A stretch of 64,000 nt of DNA from Vermamoeba vermiformis (Eukaryota): positions 62,001-126,000 of the forward strand of contig JBEWZL010000302.1 in assembly GCA_045837725.1 (NCBI GenBank), given 5' to 3'. Positions 1 to 11,427 of this stretch are shown here, piece by piece; the first letter of the stretch is position 1; every line of letters starts with the position of its first letter. Made by a program: the position numbers and the translations under genes. Under the pieces are notes generated by a model, which saw only the letters and a program-made list of their open reading frames with translations, had not been told where the DNA came from and made no database searches.

Positions 1-968
1 AAAACTTCGTCTGTTTCACTAGCGTGCCTCAGTGGCTCGTAAAAATGCTGCAAAAATCGTTAATCAAAGCGAAAAAAATTCGATCCGGTCAAATTGTTTT
101 TTCAATTTGATTTCAAATTAATTAACCATTAATACAAATCGATATTATAGGTAAGATTAATTATAATTAAGCTATGTAAACTCAATTTAATGAAAGTGTC
201 ACTTCAATTTTCTATTTTTGGAGTGACAGTATCTTTTCATTTAAATTCAATTGGATCCACCTTAAGTAATTGATCTTCCGCAAAGATACGCTATAGACTG
301 ATAATATTACTTACTGTAATAAGCAAATTAAGATCTGCATAATAAATTAACTCCGATTCGAGGATTTCTCGGCGCCACCTGAGTTTTTCTTGAACGGCTG
401 GATCTTGCACATTCTGTTCGTCAGCAGCTGCATATTCTTCATTTTCGTAATTATTACTGCCAGAACCATTTGCAGCATTATAACTAAGCTCCATTTCGAA
501 AGGATTTTCTGCATCCACCAAATTTTCGTTATTATGGTTTGTATCCTCGTCATTTGATAGTGAATCGGTACTTTGGCGCTTAATATCTGTATAAATACGT
601 TATTAATCAAATTGGAAATAGCGTAAATTTAATTTTAAATTCACAACCGAAAATCAATTCAGCGATCTGCTCGAGAAATAATTAAAAAATTGTGAAAGTA
701 TCGCAAAATAATTAAAATACTATATTTAAGTGCTGATTATACCTCTATCTACAAGTTTGGGCATTAGATCGGGTTGGATCGATCCTCTTAACGACGGCGT
801 GGTTGAAAGTGAGCTTGGATTATCCTCGTCATAGTCCCACCCCTCAAAATATAGTGATGAACTCATAGACGAAGATGATTCCACTGAGCTCCTTCGCGCT
901 GCAGCAGCTCTTCGGAGAAGTTCCTCCATCTGGCTAGAATTATAAGAAAGATGATTCTGACTCGTCAT
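1..968 (-). CDS. RhoGEF (DH-domain) protein, 5' part; gene continues beyond the left edge of the window
   Basis: Exons ~968-743, 586-315 and 47-1 with GT-AG ends. They give a Ser-rich N-terminus, then EKLRWRREILESELIYYADLNLLI..HFYEPL, which matches the first helix of Dbl-homology domains. Confidence 0.65.
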
Positions 969-1249
969 TTTCGCAAAATAAATAACATAATACAATAAAA
1001 ATAAATAAAAATATTAAATAATACAAGGTGTGGTATATAATACAATGAAGCGCAATAAATGACGTAAGATGACAAGATTTTTTAACGAACAAAAATCTCC
1101 GGTTAAATCTCACTTGAGCTCACTAGATAGGTCTCTAAGATACAATTCACTCAATGTTAGTTAATAGACACGACTATTGTCCTAAGGCCTCGCGTCAGAG
1201 CTCGGATCCAGGAGAGTGGATTTAGATTTGGCTTGGATAAGATCAATTA

Positions 1250-1980
1250 TGCTAAAACTCCAGCGGAGCCTACTTTAGGCACAATAATATGGAATTATAG
1301 TAGTATATATTATATTAGAGTATAGTACAATGTCTTATAATTGAAAATTAATTCAGAAACACAGCCCAGATATTATAAAATAGAATAAATGATTAGATGT
1401 CGCCGATATATTTAATATAAATATAAAATTATTGAATTAAATATTTGGATTATTTATAATCGTCACACCGTTCTCCGTTTCTGCGTTTATGACGTAAGCG
1501 CGTCACAATAAGGGTAAAAAATTGTAAATAGATAAGTTTTTATCTGATCAGTTTGCCGCGATGGCGTTAACTTCGTTGTGATGGCGATTAACTTGCCGTG
1601 ATGGCATCAAACTCATTCAACATATATATTGCCGTGATGGCCACAACCTCACCGTGATGGTGATAACATTGCTGTGATGGCAAAAGACACCCGGTGCACC
1701 TACAGCCGTGATGGCTTTGACTACACTGTGATGGTGTTATCCTGCCGCGATGGCAGTATGATCTCCGTGATGGAGAAAGTGTTCACCGTGATGGTGACTT
1801 CATAGTAAACCCTTGTAATGTAATAATAAAACCAGATCTACTGCTGCAGATCAACACCTCATAAAATACCACTAATATCTTATTGTTATGATATTATGGT
1901 GTATTATAAATTATATTGTACATATTATGATGGATTTGAGCTATATTGGCCAAAATTTAGGCTCCGCTGGAGTTTTAGCA
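1250..1980. mobile_element. Non-autonomous TIR element (MITE-like, ~730 bp) flanked by TA and containing a hairpin array
   Basis: Perfect 23-bp inverted repeats TGCTAAAACTCCAGCGGAGCCTA (1250-1272) and its reverse complement (1958-1980). TA lies on both sides (1248-49, 1981-82). No internal transposase ORF. Confidence 0.7.
1554..1797 (+). repeat. Array of 11 short stem-loops with conserved GYGAT loop
   Basis: Loops start at 1558, 1578, 1598, 1634, 1654, 1674, 1708, 1728, 1747, 1767 and 1788. Stems differ but stay complementary (e.g. tgcc/ggca, tcacc/ggtga, tctcc/ggaga, agcc/ggct, acact/ggtgt). Confidence 0.9.
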
Positions 1981-2028
1981 TAAAACGTCTTGGATATGAA
2001 AAGATCGCTACAAGTATCTTGGAAATTT

Positions 2029-2079
2029 GTTTTCGGTCATTACAGCATTTCTATCCTACAATTAGCTGTTATACAATAT
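2029..2079 (+). repeat. 51-bp dispersed repeat, copy 1 (copy 2 at 22588-22638)
   Basis: GTTTTCGGTCATTACAGCATTTCTRTCCTACAATTAGCTGTTATACAATAT, with one mismatch between the two copies. Confidence 0.9.
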
Positions 2080-2379
2080 TAGAAATGTTCAGCTATAATA
2101 TATTAGCAACCTTGCACGTTCTTCCTGAGCTTTTGATGCAAGCTGAAGATCAACACTTAGTAACGGTCAAAAACATGATAGAAAAATCTTGATGAATCAA
2201 ATGCCGGAATTAATTAATGTCGGAAAGTAACGTGAATATTATTGTACAATTGTGGTTTCGTTGAGCGAAGGGGTCACAGACTGAAAAAGAAATTGATTTT
2301 TCGATTTCTGAAGTGACGAATGACACGAAACAACGTGTTTGTATGAATAACAGTAGTATAGTATTATTTGTATATAAAA

Positions 2380-4987
2380 ATGGCTGAAATTATGTCAGAT
2401 ACTACGCTGGTAAGTTTTCGGCCAGATCGTGTTCAGGCGATCTGATCTGTAAGCCGGAATAATTGCTAACTATAGTATAGTTTATTATTATAGCGGTAGT
2501 AGTTGGCGTAGTTGTATTCGTGGCGAGCTTTGTGACTTACTGCATCTGCCGTCGAAGGTAAAATTCGAACAAAAATTCCAAAAATTATAGAATCGCCGTA
2601 AAATAACTTATTATAATACGAGTACACAGTATAATACATTATATGATAGTATCTAATTGAAATAACACTCTTTCGATTTTTCGCGCGAATTTTCTTGCTT
2701 GTACTAATTTCGGATCGCTTCGGTAGGCGTCAATCCACAAAATATGAACGATTGCCTATTACCGAATACTTGCAGAAGACAGTTGTATTGGATAAAGTCA
2801 CTAACGAAGCTAAACAAGGTAAGACAAACAAATCCAACAAAAAATCACTTCTCGATCTGCTCAAAGCATTCCTTTTCCGAGATAATTACCTTGACTATAA
2901 TGCCAATTAGTTCTAATATTTCAATAATTACACTCATCCAATAAGAGGTCTTTCGAAACGGATCGGAATCTGATTTTTATTGTTACAGATGAGCTTTTGA
3001 TGCAAGTCGGAATGTATTTGCGCGCCAAAGTTCTTTATAGTCTGCGATACCCTTTGTTCGATATTGGAAGCCGCGAAGATAAACACAACTTTTTGCTGAA
3101 AGGCCCGCACTGCGATGTTGTCATGACTTGGGTACGTAACCTTTGCAAAAATTTTACGAGTCTTTGCGATAATTTTATTAACGGTGCCGGATAGGTCAAA
3201 AAAGGAGCGAAGACGGCGTATCTAAATACTGTCGCGTCGAGAAAACTCGTGCTCAACATGCTCACTAAACTTCAAGTACGGATCCAACAATTAAATTTTT
3301 GTTTATGAACGAGTGATTAATTTTGTTACTATTTATAGCATACTAATATTGCACCTATTTTGGATACTGATTTTGAAGACAAACAAGGAAATTTCGTGTT
3401 TTACAAAGAATATTTCAGCAAGGGCTCTTTGAAGGATCTGATCTACCACGTGAGTACCGCAAATCAAACTCATTTGCCAAAAATATTACTATATTAGGCA
3501 AGTATGATTAACTATTGCCATATTTAGTCATCACCGCAAGACACGTACACTCAAAAGTATCGCAAAGGTTACCCGCTCTCAGAGAAAAAAATTGCCTCGT
3601 ACGGCCGTCAAATACTCGATGGTCTGTATTATTTAGAGACATCAGGCTATCCTTATTATCATTTACATGCTGGTAACGTCCTTATCGATGGAAATTTCGC
3701 GAGGTAAGCACATCCGAAAAAAAATTTCCATCCGGATCTGTACGCAACATTTTTCTAATTTTGAGCCTTTTTATTTGCACATGTTATAAATGTAATGCGT
3801 TATATTTGTTATTTCGATTATTAATAAGTTTTGTGGTATTTTTAGGTTGTCGGACATCGAGAACAGTTTGCTCAATTTAGAACGGTACCACGAGAAAATA
3901 TTCGTGGAATTTGCGCGCAATGAATTAGACAGCATTCAGTACGTCAATTTCAACGTCGTCTGCTTTGGCTGCGTGTTGTACGAGATGGCATTAGGTACGA
4001 AAATGAAATTAACTTTTATTTTCATCTTTTGATAGATTTTCTAGCGATCAAAGTGCTAATAATAATGAATTTCCTTATTAGGCAAAGAAATGAATTCAGT
4101 GAAAGACATCGATTATTATCCCGCTACTTCATCCGAGGCCGTAAAAAGAGTACGAATTCAAACTCAAACTCTAATGATTATTTCCTTATTTAGGCATAGA
4201 CCTAATATAGTGATATTAATATTACTAATTAGGTCCTCGTCGCAATTTTCAAAGATTCATTGCGGACCGCGATTCCGATCGTACCTTCAGTGACCGATTT
4301 ATTAAGACTGCCGTTCTTTGCTGACGTAAAAGTCAAGCAAAAACATCCTGAACGACCAGTACGTATCAAATTATATTTCCTTTTTTGGTAATGAGGTATA
4401 CTAACGGTATATTTTTTTGTTACTAAAGCCCGGTTATGAAGGCAAAGAAGTTGAAATTTTAAAATACGTCTCGAAGCGAATGAACAAAATTAAGTCCAAG
4501 TACGATAAAGACGAAGACACTATTAGCAAAACTAAGTCAAGCAATTCCCTAAAAAGGCAAGTTCAGCACAGATCTGGATCGGATCGAGCTCCGCATCCGT
4601 TTAAATTTTTTTTTAACAATTCTAATTTTTTTTCTTAGAACTGTTTCATCACCAAAATCAACGAGCAGTTCCACGACTACTCCCGCTGAAAGTGCTAATA
4701 ATAGCGTCAAAAACACACCTGCAAAGTCTTCTTCCAGTTCGAAAAAATCATCCAGCGGAACAAAATCGAAGCGCCAGTCAACAATTATTCCGCACAGCGA
4801 TTCCAGCGCCAAGATGAACGGAACAAATAACAGCAATAATAACACTAATGTTCCGCCACCTCCACCGCCAATTCCAGCACCAAAAGTGGAAAGTGCAGCG
4901 TTACCTGAAGTCAGTGGCGAGCGCAATGATTTATTGGCCTCGATTCGTGCGTTTAACGCGAAGAAATTGAAAAAAGTAAAAGATTAA
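2380..4987 (+). CDS. Slob/PXK-type inactive kinase with N-terminal TM helix, poly-Pro and C-terminal WH2
   Basis: Spliced: TM FIIIAVVVGVVVFVASFVTYCIC; kinase-like KGSLKDLIY, YGRQILDGLYYL, PYYHLHAGNVLI, LSDIENSLL, CFGCVLYEMA; PPPPPPIPAP; WH2 GERNDLLASIRAFNAKKLKKV; stop at 4985-4987. Confidence 0.85.
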
Positions 4988-5370
4988 AGTTATTTTTAAT
5001 AACTAACAATGTTAAGTACTTTTGAAACAATCATATTATTATTTAGGCAAAGATTAGTATGCATTGTATCTTACTCAACAATAGATTTGTTTGCAAGCAC
5101 AACAGCAATCGGATCTGTCAGTTGATCTGATTGCTGAAAAAAAATTCCTTTTTCTGCAAATTGCTCCAGAATCTTTGCAGCTGCGCGTGTTACCTGACAA
5201 TTTTAGCAAGAGGTTACCACCTTGCAGAGGTCCAGAGCCAGGTGCATAGTGCTGCCCAGAAAGTGCGATGAAGCGATAACGACTTGCTTACTAACATTTT
5301 CTGATCAGCAAAAATCATAAAGCTGAAAAGGTTTATTGAATAACAAGCAGGAAGTAAATTTGCAAATAAA

Positions 5371-5916
5371 TTAGGCCTCTTTTTGGAGTTGAGGTTCAAC
5401 AGAAGAAACTTTTGCGGTGACCTTCTTTGCGACTTGAGTTAGATCTTTGATATTCTGCGTGCGATACAAAGCTACAGCAAATAAAATTGTTGCAATTATA
5501 TGACTGGTCATTGACATGGCAGCGGCATCGAATTTCTTGCGCTCCAAGATCACTACGCGGATCAGCATCCACGAAAGAATAGCATTGTACACCAGGAGAG
5601 CCATACTCAACACTCTCTTAATGCGCAATGACGGCTTTAAGTACAAAACAAGACCAGAGAGTATACCTAACGTAAATTAATTTTCTTAGAAATTATGTTC
5701 GCTGGATTTGATTTCTAGATCTTACGTACCAATGCAAAGCAAAGCATTCGCTAAAAATCCAGATACCTGAACAACATCGTGACTTGCTTTCGGGTATACC
5801 ATGGTAGGACGGAACATAAACAAGAAACCAGCGCCAAACTCAAGCACCGCATTGTAACCTAGAACAAAGTCCAGAAGTCGTTCAGGTTTGGGAGTATTCG
5901 AGACTAAAGCAGACAT
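5371..5916 (-). CDS. Small multi-pass membrane protein of unknown function
   Basis: Two exons joined across one intron (~5668-5727), giving about four hydrophobic helices. Confidence 0.7.
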
Positions 5917-6138
5917 TTGTGTGCGTTATACGATACAATAAATTTGAATAGGACTGAATGAATTCAAGTTGAAGCGAATTTGGATCTGAAAACGAATCTA
6001 AATTTCAGCATCAATTTACCAGAATTAACTATGATTGGCATACTGTCACTGCATCACGATATTATTGACTTAAAAATCGTTTTAAATTGCATTTTATAAC
6101 CACAGAAATAATACACAACGTTTTCAAATTCAAATTTG

Positions 6139-7062
6139 TTACGCGTTTTTGACCGTAATTACCGAGTTCAGCAGCGCCAATTCTCCGAGGGTTTTAGAGA
6201 AATCACCCGAAGTGAGTGCTCTAGGCGGCCATCCTCCCATCAGGGTGCAATTACTAACGTGTTGTTTGGCGAAATTGACGACTTCTTGGAGTGTGGATCC
6301 AGCGGTGAACTGGCCCTTTACGGTCGTTCCATTGGGCAGTCTAAGCGTGACATTGCCGCTTGACTGGTTTGACGTGGTTGTGCCCGTCGAGGTAGTAGGA
6401 GGTACATATGTTTCTTTTGGCTCTGAGCTAGTGGTGCCCCCGGTAGATCCAAGTTTGTTGCCTGATCAGGAAGTTTCAGCAAGTCGGCAATAAAACGCGG
6501 AAATACAGCGAGATGTTGATATTAGTATTTGCTATACACATACCACCACCAGGGAAATAGCTTGCTTCACCCATTTTAGCCTTGATCTTGGCTTCAAGAG
6601 CGCGTGGATCGGCACCAACCAAATCATCAACTTTCTTGCCTTTGAAAGAGAAATTAGACCATTACTGTAGTAGCCTCGTATTATAGTTACCTTTAAGGAA
6701 TAGATAGAATGTAGGCATCGCTCTAACACCGAGTTCTCCAGCGAGATCGGAAAGTTCGTCCACATTACTTTCAAAAATACGACATTGGTGTATTTATTGC
6801 TAAACTCGTCTACGTTGGAGAAATTTTTTAAGGACCCCCCCTAAATTTAATAAATATTTTTTTTTTAATTTGAATTTATGAAAATTTTCATTAAACGCTA
6901 CTGCGCTTCTAAAATTATCTTCGCTTTAAAATTAATTCTTCATTAAATATGTACTAACCATTCTGCGAAGAAATCAACGACTACGAGTCTTTCACCAGCA
7001 GATTTCAATTTTTCATTGAACTCAGATTCGCTGCTGACGTGATGAACTTTACTTCGGCTCAT
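6139..7062 (-). CDS. Thioredoxin domain + SHP box + UBX domain protein (putative p97/Cdc48 cofactor)
   Basis: Trx: LVVVDFFAEW...VVFLKV.VDEL..LA.ELGVRAMPTF...DDLVGADP. SHP-like: YFPGGGNKLG. UBX-like: VTLRLPNGTTVKGQF...TLQEVVNF...GGWPPRAL...KTLGELALL. The second exon (active site) is garbled in this assembly. Confidence 0.8.
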
Positions 7063-7211
7063 TATGTATTGTATTTGTACTAATGTAACGTAAACAAAAT
7101 TAAAATTTTGCTGGAAAGGCAAATACAGGTTTGACCAAAGTTTGACCAACGAAGCTCGAGCACTTTGATAGCGTTACAAATAATTTATATAGCTAATATT
7201 TACAATTACAA

Positions 7212-8593
7212 TTAAATATTGGATGAAATTGGCGCAACACCAGATTCTACAGTATTGCGCAAGTTGATAATCATGTTCAACAAAACACCGCCTTGTGTAG
7301 CGTTAACTAAAGCGTATGCGAGCCAACCTCCTATGAAACATATACGCGTTAATAATCATAACAAAAAATAATATGAAATTGAGGCGCTAATATTTAAAGG
7401 TTTGAATTGTAAGTATGGAGATCTTTTACGATAAATTGTAACGTACCAGTGTCCACTTGAGATAACAAAGTAAACTGAGTCGAGTCTTCAATAACGTCGC
7501 CATTAGCATCTACTGCATTAGTCAACTGAATTCCCGTCGAAAAAGTACGACCGCGAACGTATCCAGATCGCGCAGGATAAACGCGACTAAGATCCACGCT
7601 GCCAGAAATCGTCTCGAATTTTTCAATCATGCCTTCTTGTACATCTCTATTTGTTCTATTATATGACAGAATAAACGTTAGAAAGAAAGCTAAGTAGCAG
7701 ATCTGCAGCCGAAGACCAACTTACCTAACATCAATAAAATCACGTGCGCTAATTGCGCCACCAGCAAAAGAGTTCAATTCGATGTTAATAATGTCTGTTT
7801 CATTATCGAGCTCTACTAGTGTCTTAATATCCTTCAAACCGGTGTCCCAAGTGCGTCGTGTAGCCGTGTCTAGATCGAACCGTTAGTAGTAGACATTTTA
7901 CACAAAAAAATTTACGCAAATCTTTTATAATATAATTAAATAGAATATTATAACCGTATTTCATGCAAATAATTAATCGCTGTTAGCAATTTCAAAAATA
8001 GTAATTTCGAAATGTTCATCGATCTGCGCATCTAGGTTTCGGTAATTGAATAAATAACATTATTAAGCAATATTAAGGTACCTATAATATATTTCTTAAT
8101 CGTGGGGATAGAGGCCTTCATTATTGCGTGAACTTTGAATGTTGCGGGTACGTGTGATCCTCCAAAATTGTGTAAATGCCATACTTTTACGCCTTGCTAT
8201 AATAAAGAATATGCATCAGTTAAATAATATACGTCGAATAATTGCGATTTAATAAAAATCGAAAATGAAAATTGTGTGATCCAAAACGGCTAATTAATAA
8301 CGGAACGGACACTCATTCCGCGGCATTTAATGTATTATTAGGCGTAGCATCAACGTATTAATTTCGTAATTTATGTATTTTTAAATAATAAATTGATTTT
8401 ACCGTTATTTTAAAATCGAAATTGCTAACCGATTGATTTAGTTCAGATCAAGAGCAGTAAAATGACTTACGTCTTCTTTTTCGAGCACCCAACCGTCGGT
8501 TAGTGTCAACTTCTTATAGAAATCTTCAATTGTCTGCGCGTTGACCTTTCGGGCAAGAGCGATCTCAGTCGGATTCAATGGATTCGTCGACAT
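7212..8593 (-). CDS. START-domain lipid-binding/transfer protein
   Basis: Spliced: GWVLEKED-QGVKVW, RRTWD, ISARDFIDVR, YPARSGYVRG, SQVDTGGWL. These are START-domain hallmarks. Confidence 0.85.
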
Positions 8594-8904
8594 TCTTACT
8601 GGTTTGTGTTAATAGATAGTTGATTATGTTTAAAATATCGTTTTCTAGCCGGAAAGCTTATTCCGTCCGGGGACACATTGATTTTTCGCCGTCCGAAAGA
8701 ATATTTCGGAAAAAAAGGCCAGCGGACTCCGTTCTTTAAATCCTTTTATATTTATTGCCCTTCGTACGTAGTAACTATTTAGAATGATCAATATTTAACA
8801 TTGCTCTTTGTGCACCGAGAAAATCTGGGGATGAAATCAGCGTAAATTCATGAAATTGAACAACAAGATTGAATTTAAGTCTTGTTACCTTGTCAATAAC
8901 ACTA

Positions 8905-11169
8905 ATGGAGCAACCCAAACGAGCAAATGACTGCTTTGATATCCTTGAACGCCTGTCAAAGGAGATGCGTGGCGAGATCTTCGTAAGCGTCATTCAACTT
9001 TTGCCTTTATCAAAAATAAATAAATTATAATTAACAACTAATTATTAGCGCCACAATTCCGCGATAATTCTTCATAACAATTAACTTCCAATAAAATTGA
9101 TACTTTTGCTAAAATTTCGACGGTTTATTGCTTACTATAGCAGTATTAATTTATTATTTATTAGCACTGGTTAGCAGAGGATATTTATACGATAAGAGCT
9201 CTTGGAAAAATCGCGACTGTTTGCAAAACTTGGAGCGTCTATGTTTCAGATAACTTTGTAAGTATCTCTTATGCTTGAGTATACTAAAATTATTAACATC
9301 ATGATATATTTGAATATTATTGGACGATTAAATAATCAATGCAAATTTTGAGGCAATTCTACAGATCGAAAGCAATTAATCCTTTTTGATGCAGTTATGG
9401 AAGCAGCTTTATCAACATGAATGGCCTTGGGAGGATTTATCCGAAGTAGAAGTACGAAGAGTAAGCTGCGCGTTCAATTGGAAGAAAGTAAGTACGATCC
9501 GCGAATTTTTTTATCTAGACCCGTACGATACTACCATCGTCTTATATATTTATATTACTTATAGATGTACATACACCGACGCCAAGCAGAGATCGTTAAA
9601 CCACCAGGTATTTCTTTGCCAACTTTTTTTTTGCTTGTACTAATCATTTGTTTAGGCATACATGTGAATATGGATGCAGCAGTTACACTTGCAGAGCTAT
9701 ACAAAGGCGTCACAAAACGATTTGCGCAGAAGGATTTGAAGGCATTGTGCGTCAAATGCGGCGGGTACGTGCACAAGAAAAATTATCAGATCCGGCTGTA
9801 ACTTTAATTTAATATAACGATTGCATAATACGACATGCTTATTAAGATGTATCAATACAGATGTGGTGCTAAAAAGCCGAGTCTATCGATAAAGTGCGAC
9901 CTTTGCGTGGGATCCGGTGTAGTGGTGTAAGTCTGACAAAATCAGCCTCGGTCAATCGATCAAATTATAATATATTGTCATATATGCGCAGTCAACAACA
10001 GCAAGCTGCTCAAGGAATGGTCCAACAGCTTCAAAAAGAGTGCTATAAATGCTACGGTTCAGGTACAGTAAACGCAACCGGATCTCCTATGAATATCACT
10101 AACTATAAATTTAATAGGAAAAAATATCGCAAAAGAAAATCAATGTCCTATTTGTGAGAGCAAAGGATGGATTTTAAAGGTTCGTACAAATGAGATCTGA
10201 TCAAGATCCGTTCTAACTTCAGCGTCTAGCGTTCGATATTGAAAGTTGATATTCCTGCCGGCATGCAATGGGGAGATCAAATATTGATTGAAGGACGAGG
10301 CGAACAAAAAGTAGGCTCAATTATGTCTTAATTCTGCGAAACTACTAACGCATGCGTAGTCGAATTCAGAACAGGCTGGAGACGCAATTTTAACCTTAAT
10401 TGAGAAGAAAACTGATGATTTGGAGGTGACTCGATACCAAACTGATCATCTGCTCCTCGAAAAAGAAATTACGTTCAGTGAATCGTTGTTCGGGTTTTCG
10501 TTCTTGTACACGCAATTAGACGGCCGAAAAATAGTTGTTCAGCCTAAACCTGGCATTATTGTTACCTCAGGTAAGGAATAGGAATCTATATTTATCGTTG
10601 GACACTTACAGAAAGTCTGACTTTCCTTTTTAGGCATGATTTTGACGATCCCTGGGGAAGGCATGCCAATTCCGGGTGGAAATGAGCGAGGAGATTTACT
10701 CGTTAAATTCAAAGTCCAAGACGCCAAATTAACAACGGAGCAAATTCTCGTACGTAAAAAAACAGTTTTGAGTTCGTTGCTAATGGTCAAGTTGCCGACT
10801 CATTTTCTCGTTTAGATGCTACAAGATCTTCGACCACAACTCGAAAGGATCCTCGGCTTGCCGTCTTTTTACCAGCCACGTGACGGCGAAGAGGTTATTA
10901 CCAAAGAAGGCAAGTACAAGTCGGCATCTTCGGGTACTTCAGGAGAAGGTCGAAAACCGAAAAAAGTTCAAGCACGAAGAAGACCAAAGCCTCAGCGACC
11001 TGGCAATAATTACCAGAACCCGCAAGATCCGAACAACATTTTCAATCAATTTTTTGGCGGTCAAGGTAATGCGCAGCAGCCGTACAATAATTATCAAAAC
11101 GACGCAGACGAGAATATGGACGTAGATGATAATGGAGAGCCTGCGCAGCCTCAATGTCAGCAGCAATAA
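8905..11169 (+). CDS. F-box fused to class A Hsp40 zinc-finger and C-terminal domains, CaaX end, no J-domain
   Basis: Exons 8905-8982, 9165-9257, 9395-9487, 9565-9607 onward. F-box LERLSKEMRGEIF...LGKIATVCKTW...DNFLWKQLY. Then VTLAELYKG, four CxxCxGxG-type repeats, DIPAGM..GDQI..EGRG, AGD, QLDGRKI, PGEGMP..RGDLLVKF, ending CQQQ*. Confidence 0.85.
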
Positions 11170-11427
11170 GCTTAATGACGTGTAATATCGCTGTATATAT
11201 AGCTAGAGTTATTTTGTAAAGTGAATTTGATCGGATGCGGCTAAATCGGTTTGAACGTTCAAAAATTCAGAAAGTTCGAGTGGCAAGCCAAAATTCCGTA
11301 TCTTAATTAATTGATTGCTTAATGCCTCCAAATAAGTACTTTGAAATTTCTCGAACTAAGGCTGATTTCAACAACCATTGACCTTATCGTAACCGTAATA
11401 ATTGACCATCCACAACAATATTGCACC

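Noticed and set aside
1104-1225. Weak inverted repeat TAAATCTCACT / AGTGGATTTA with GAGCTC sites
   Set aside because: Too short and imperfect in AT-rich DNA, with no TSD.
1554-1797. CRISPR array interpretation of the regularly spaced repeats
   Set aside because: The conserved unit is only ~9 nt, spacers are ~10 nt, there are no cas genes, and the context is eukaryotic.
1896-2192. 98-aa ORF
   Set aside because: It overlaps the TIR and the 51-bp repeat and has no protein-like features.
4549-4926. Antisense ORFs in the supplied track (e.g. 4549-4926, 6149-6493, 39082-39546, 44168-44548)
   Set aside because: They are shadows of real exons on the opposite strand.
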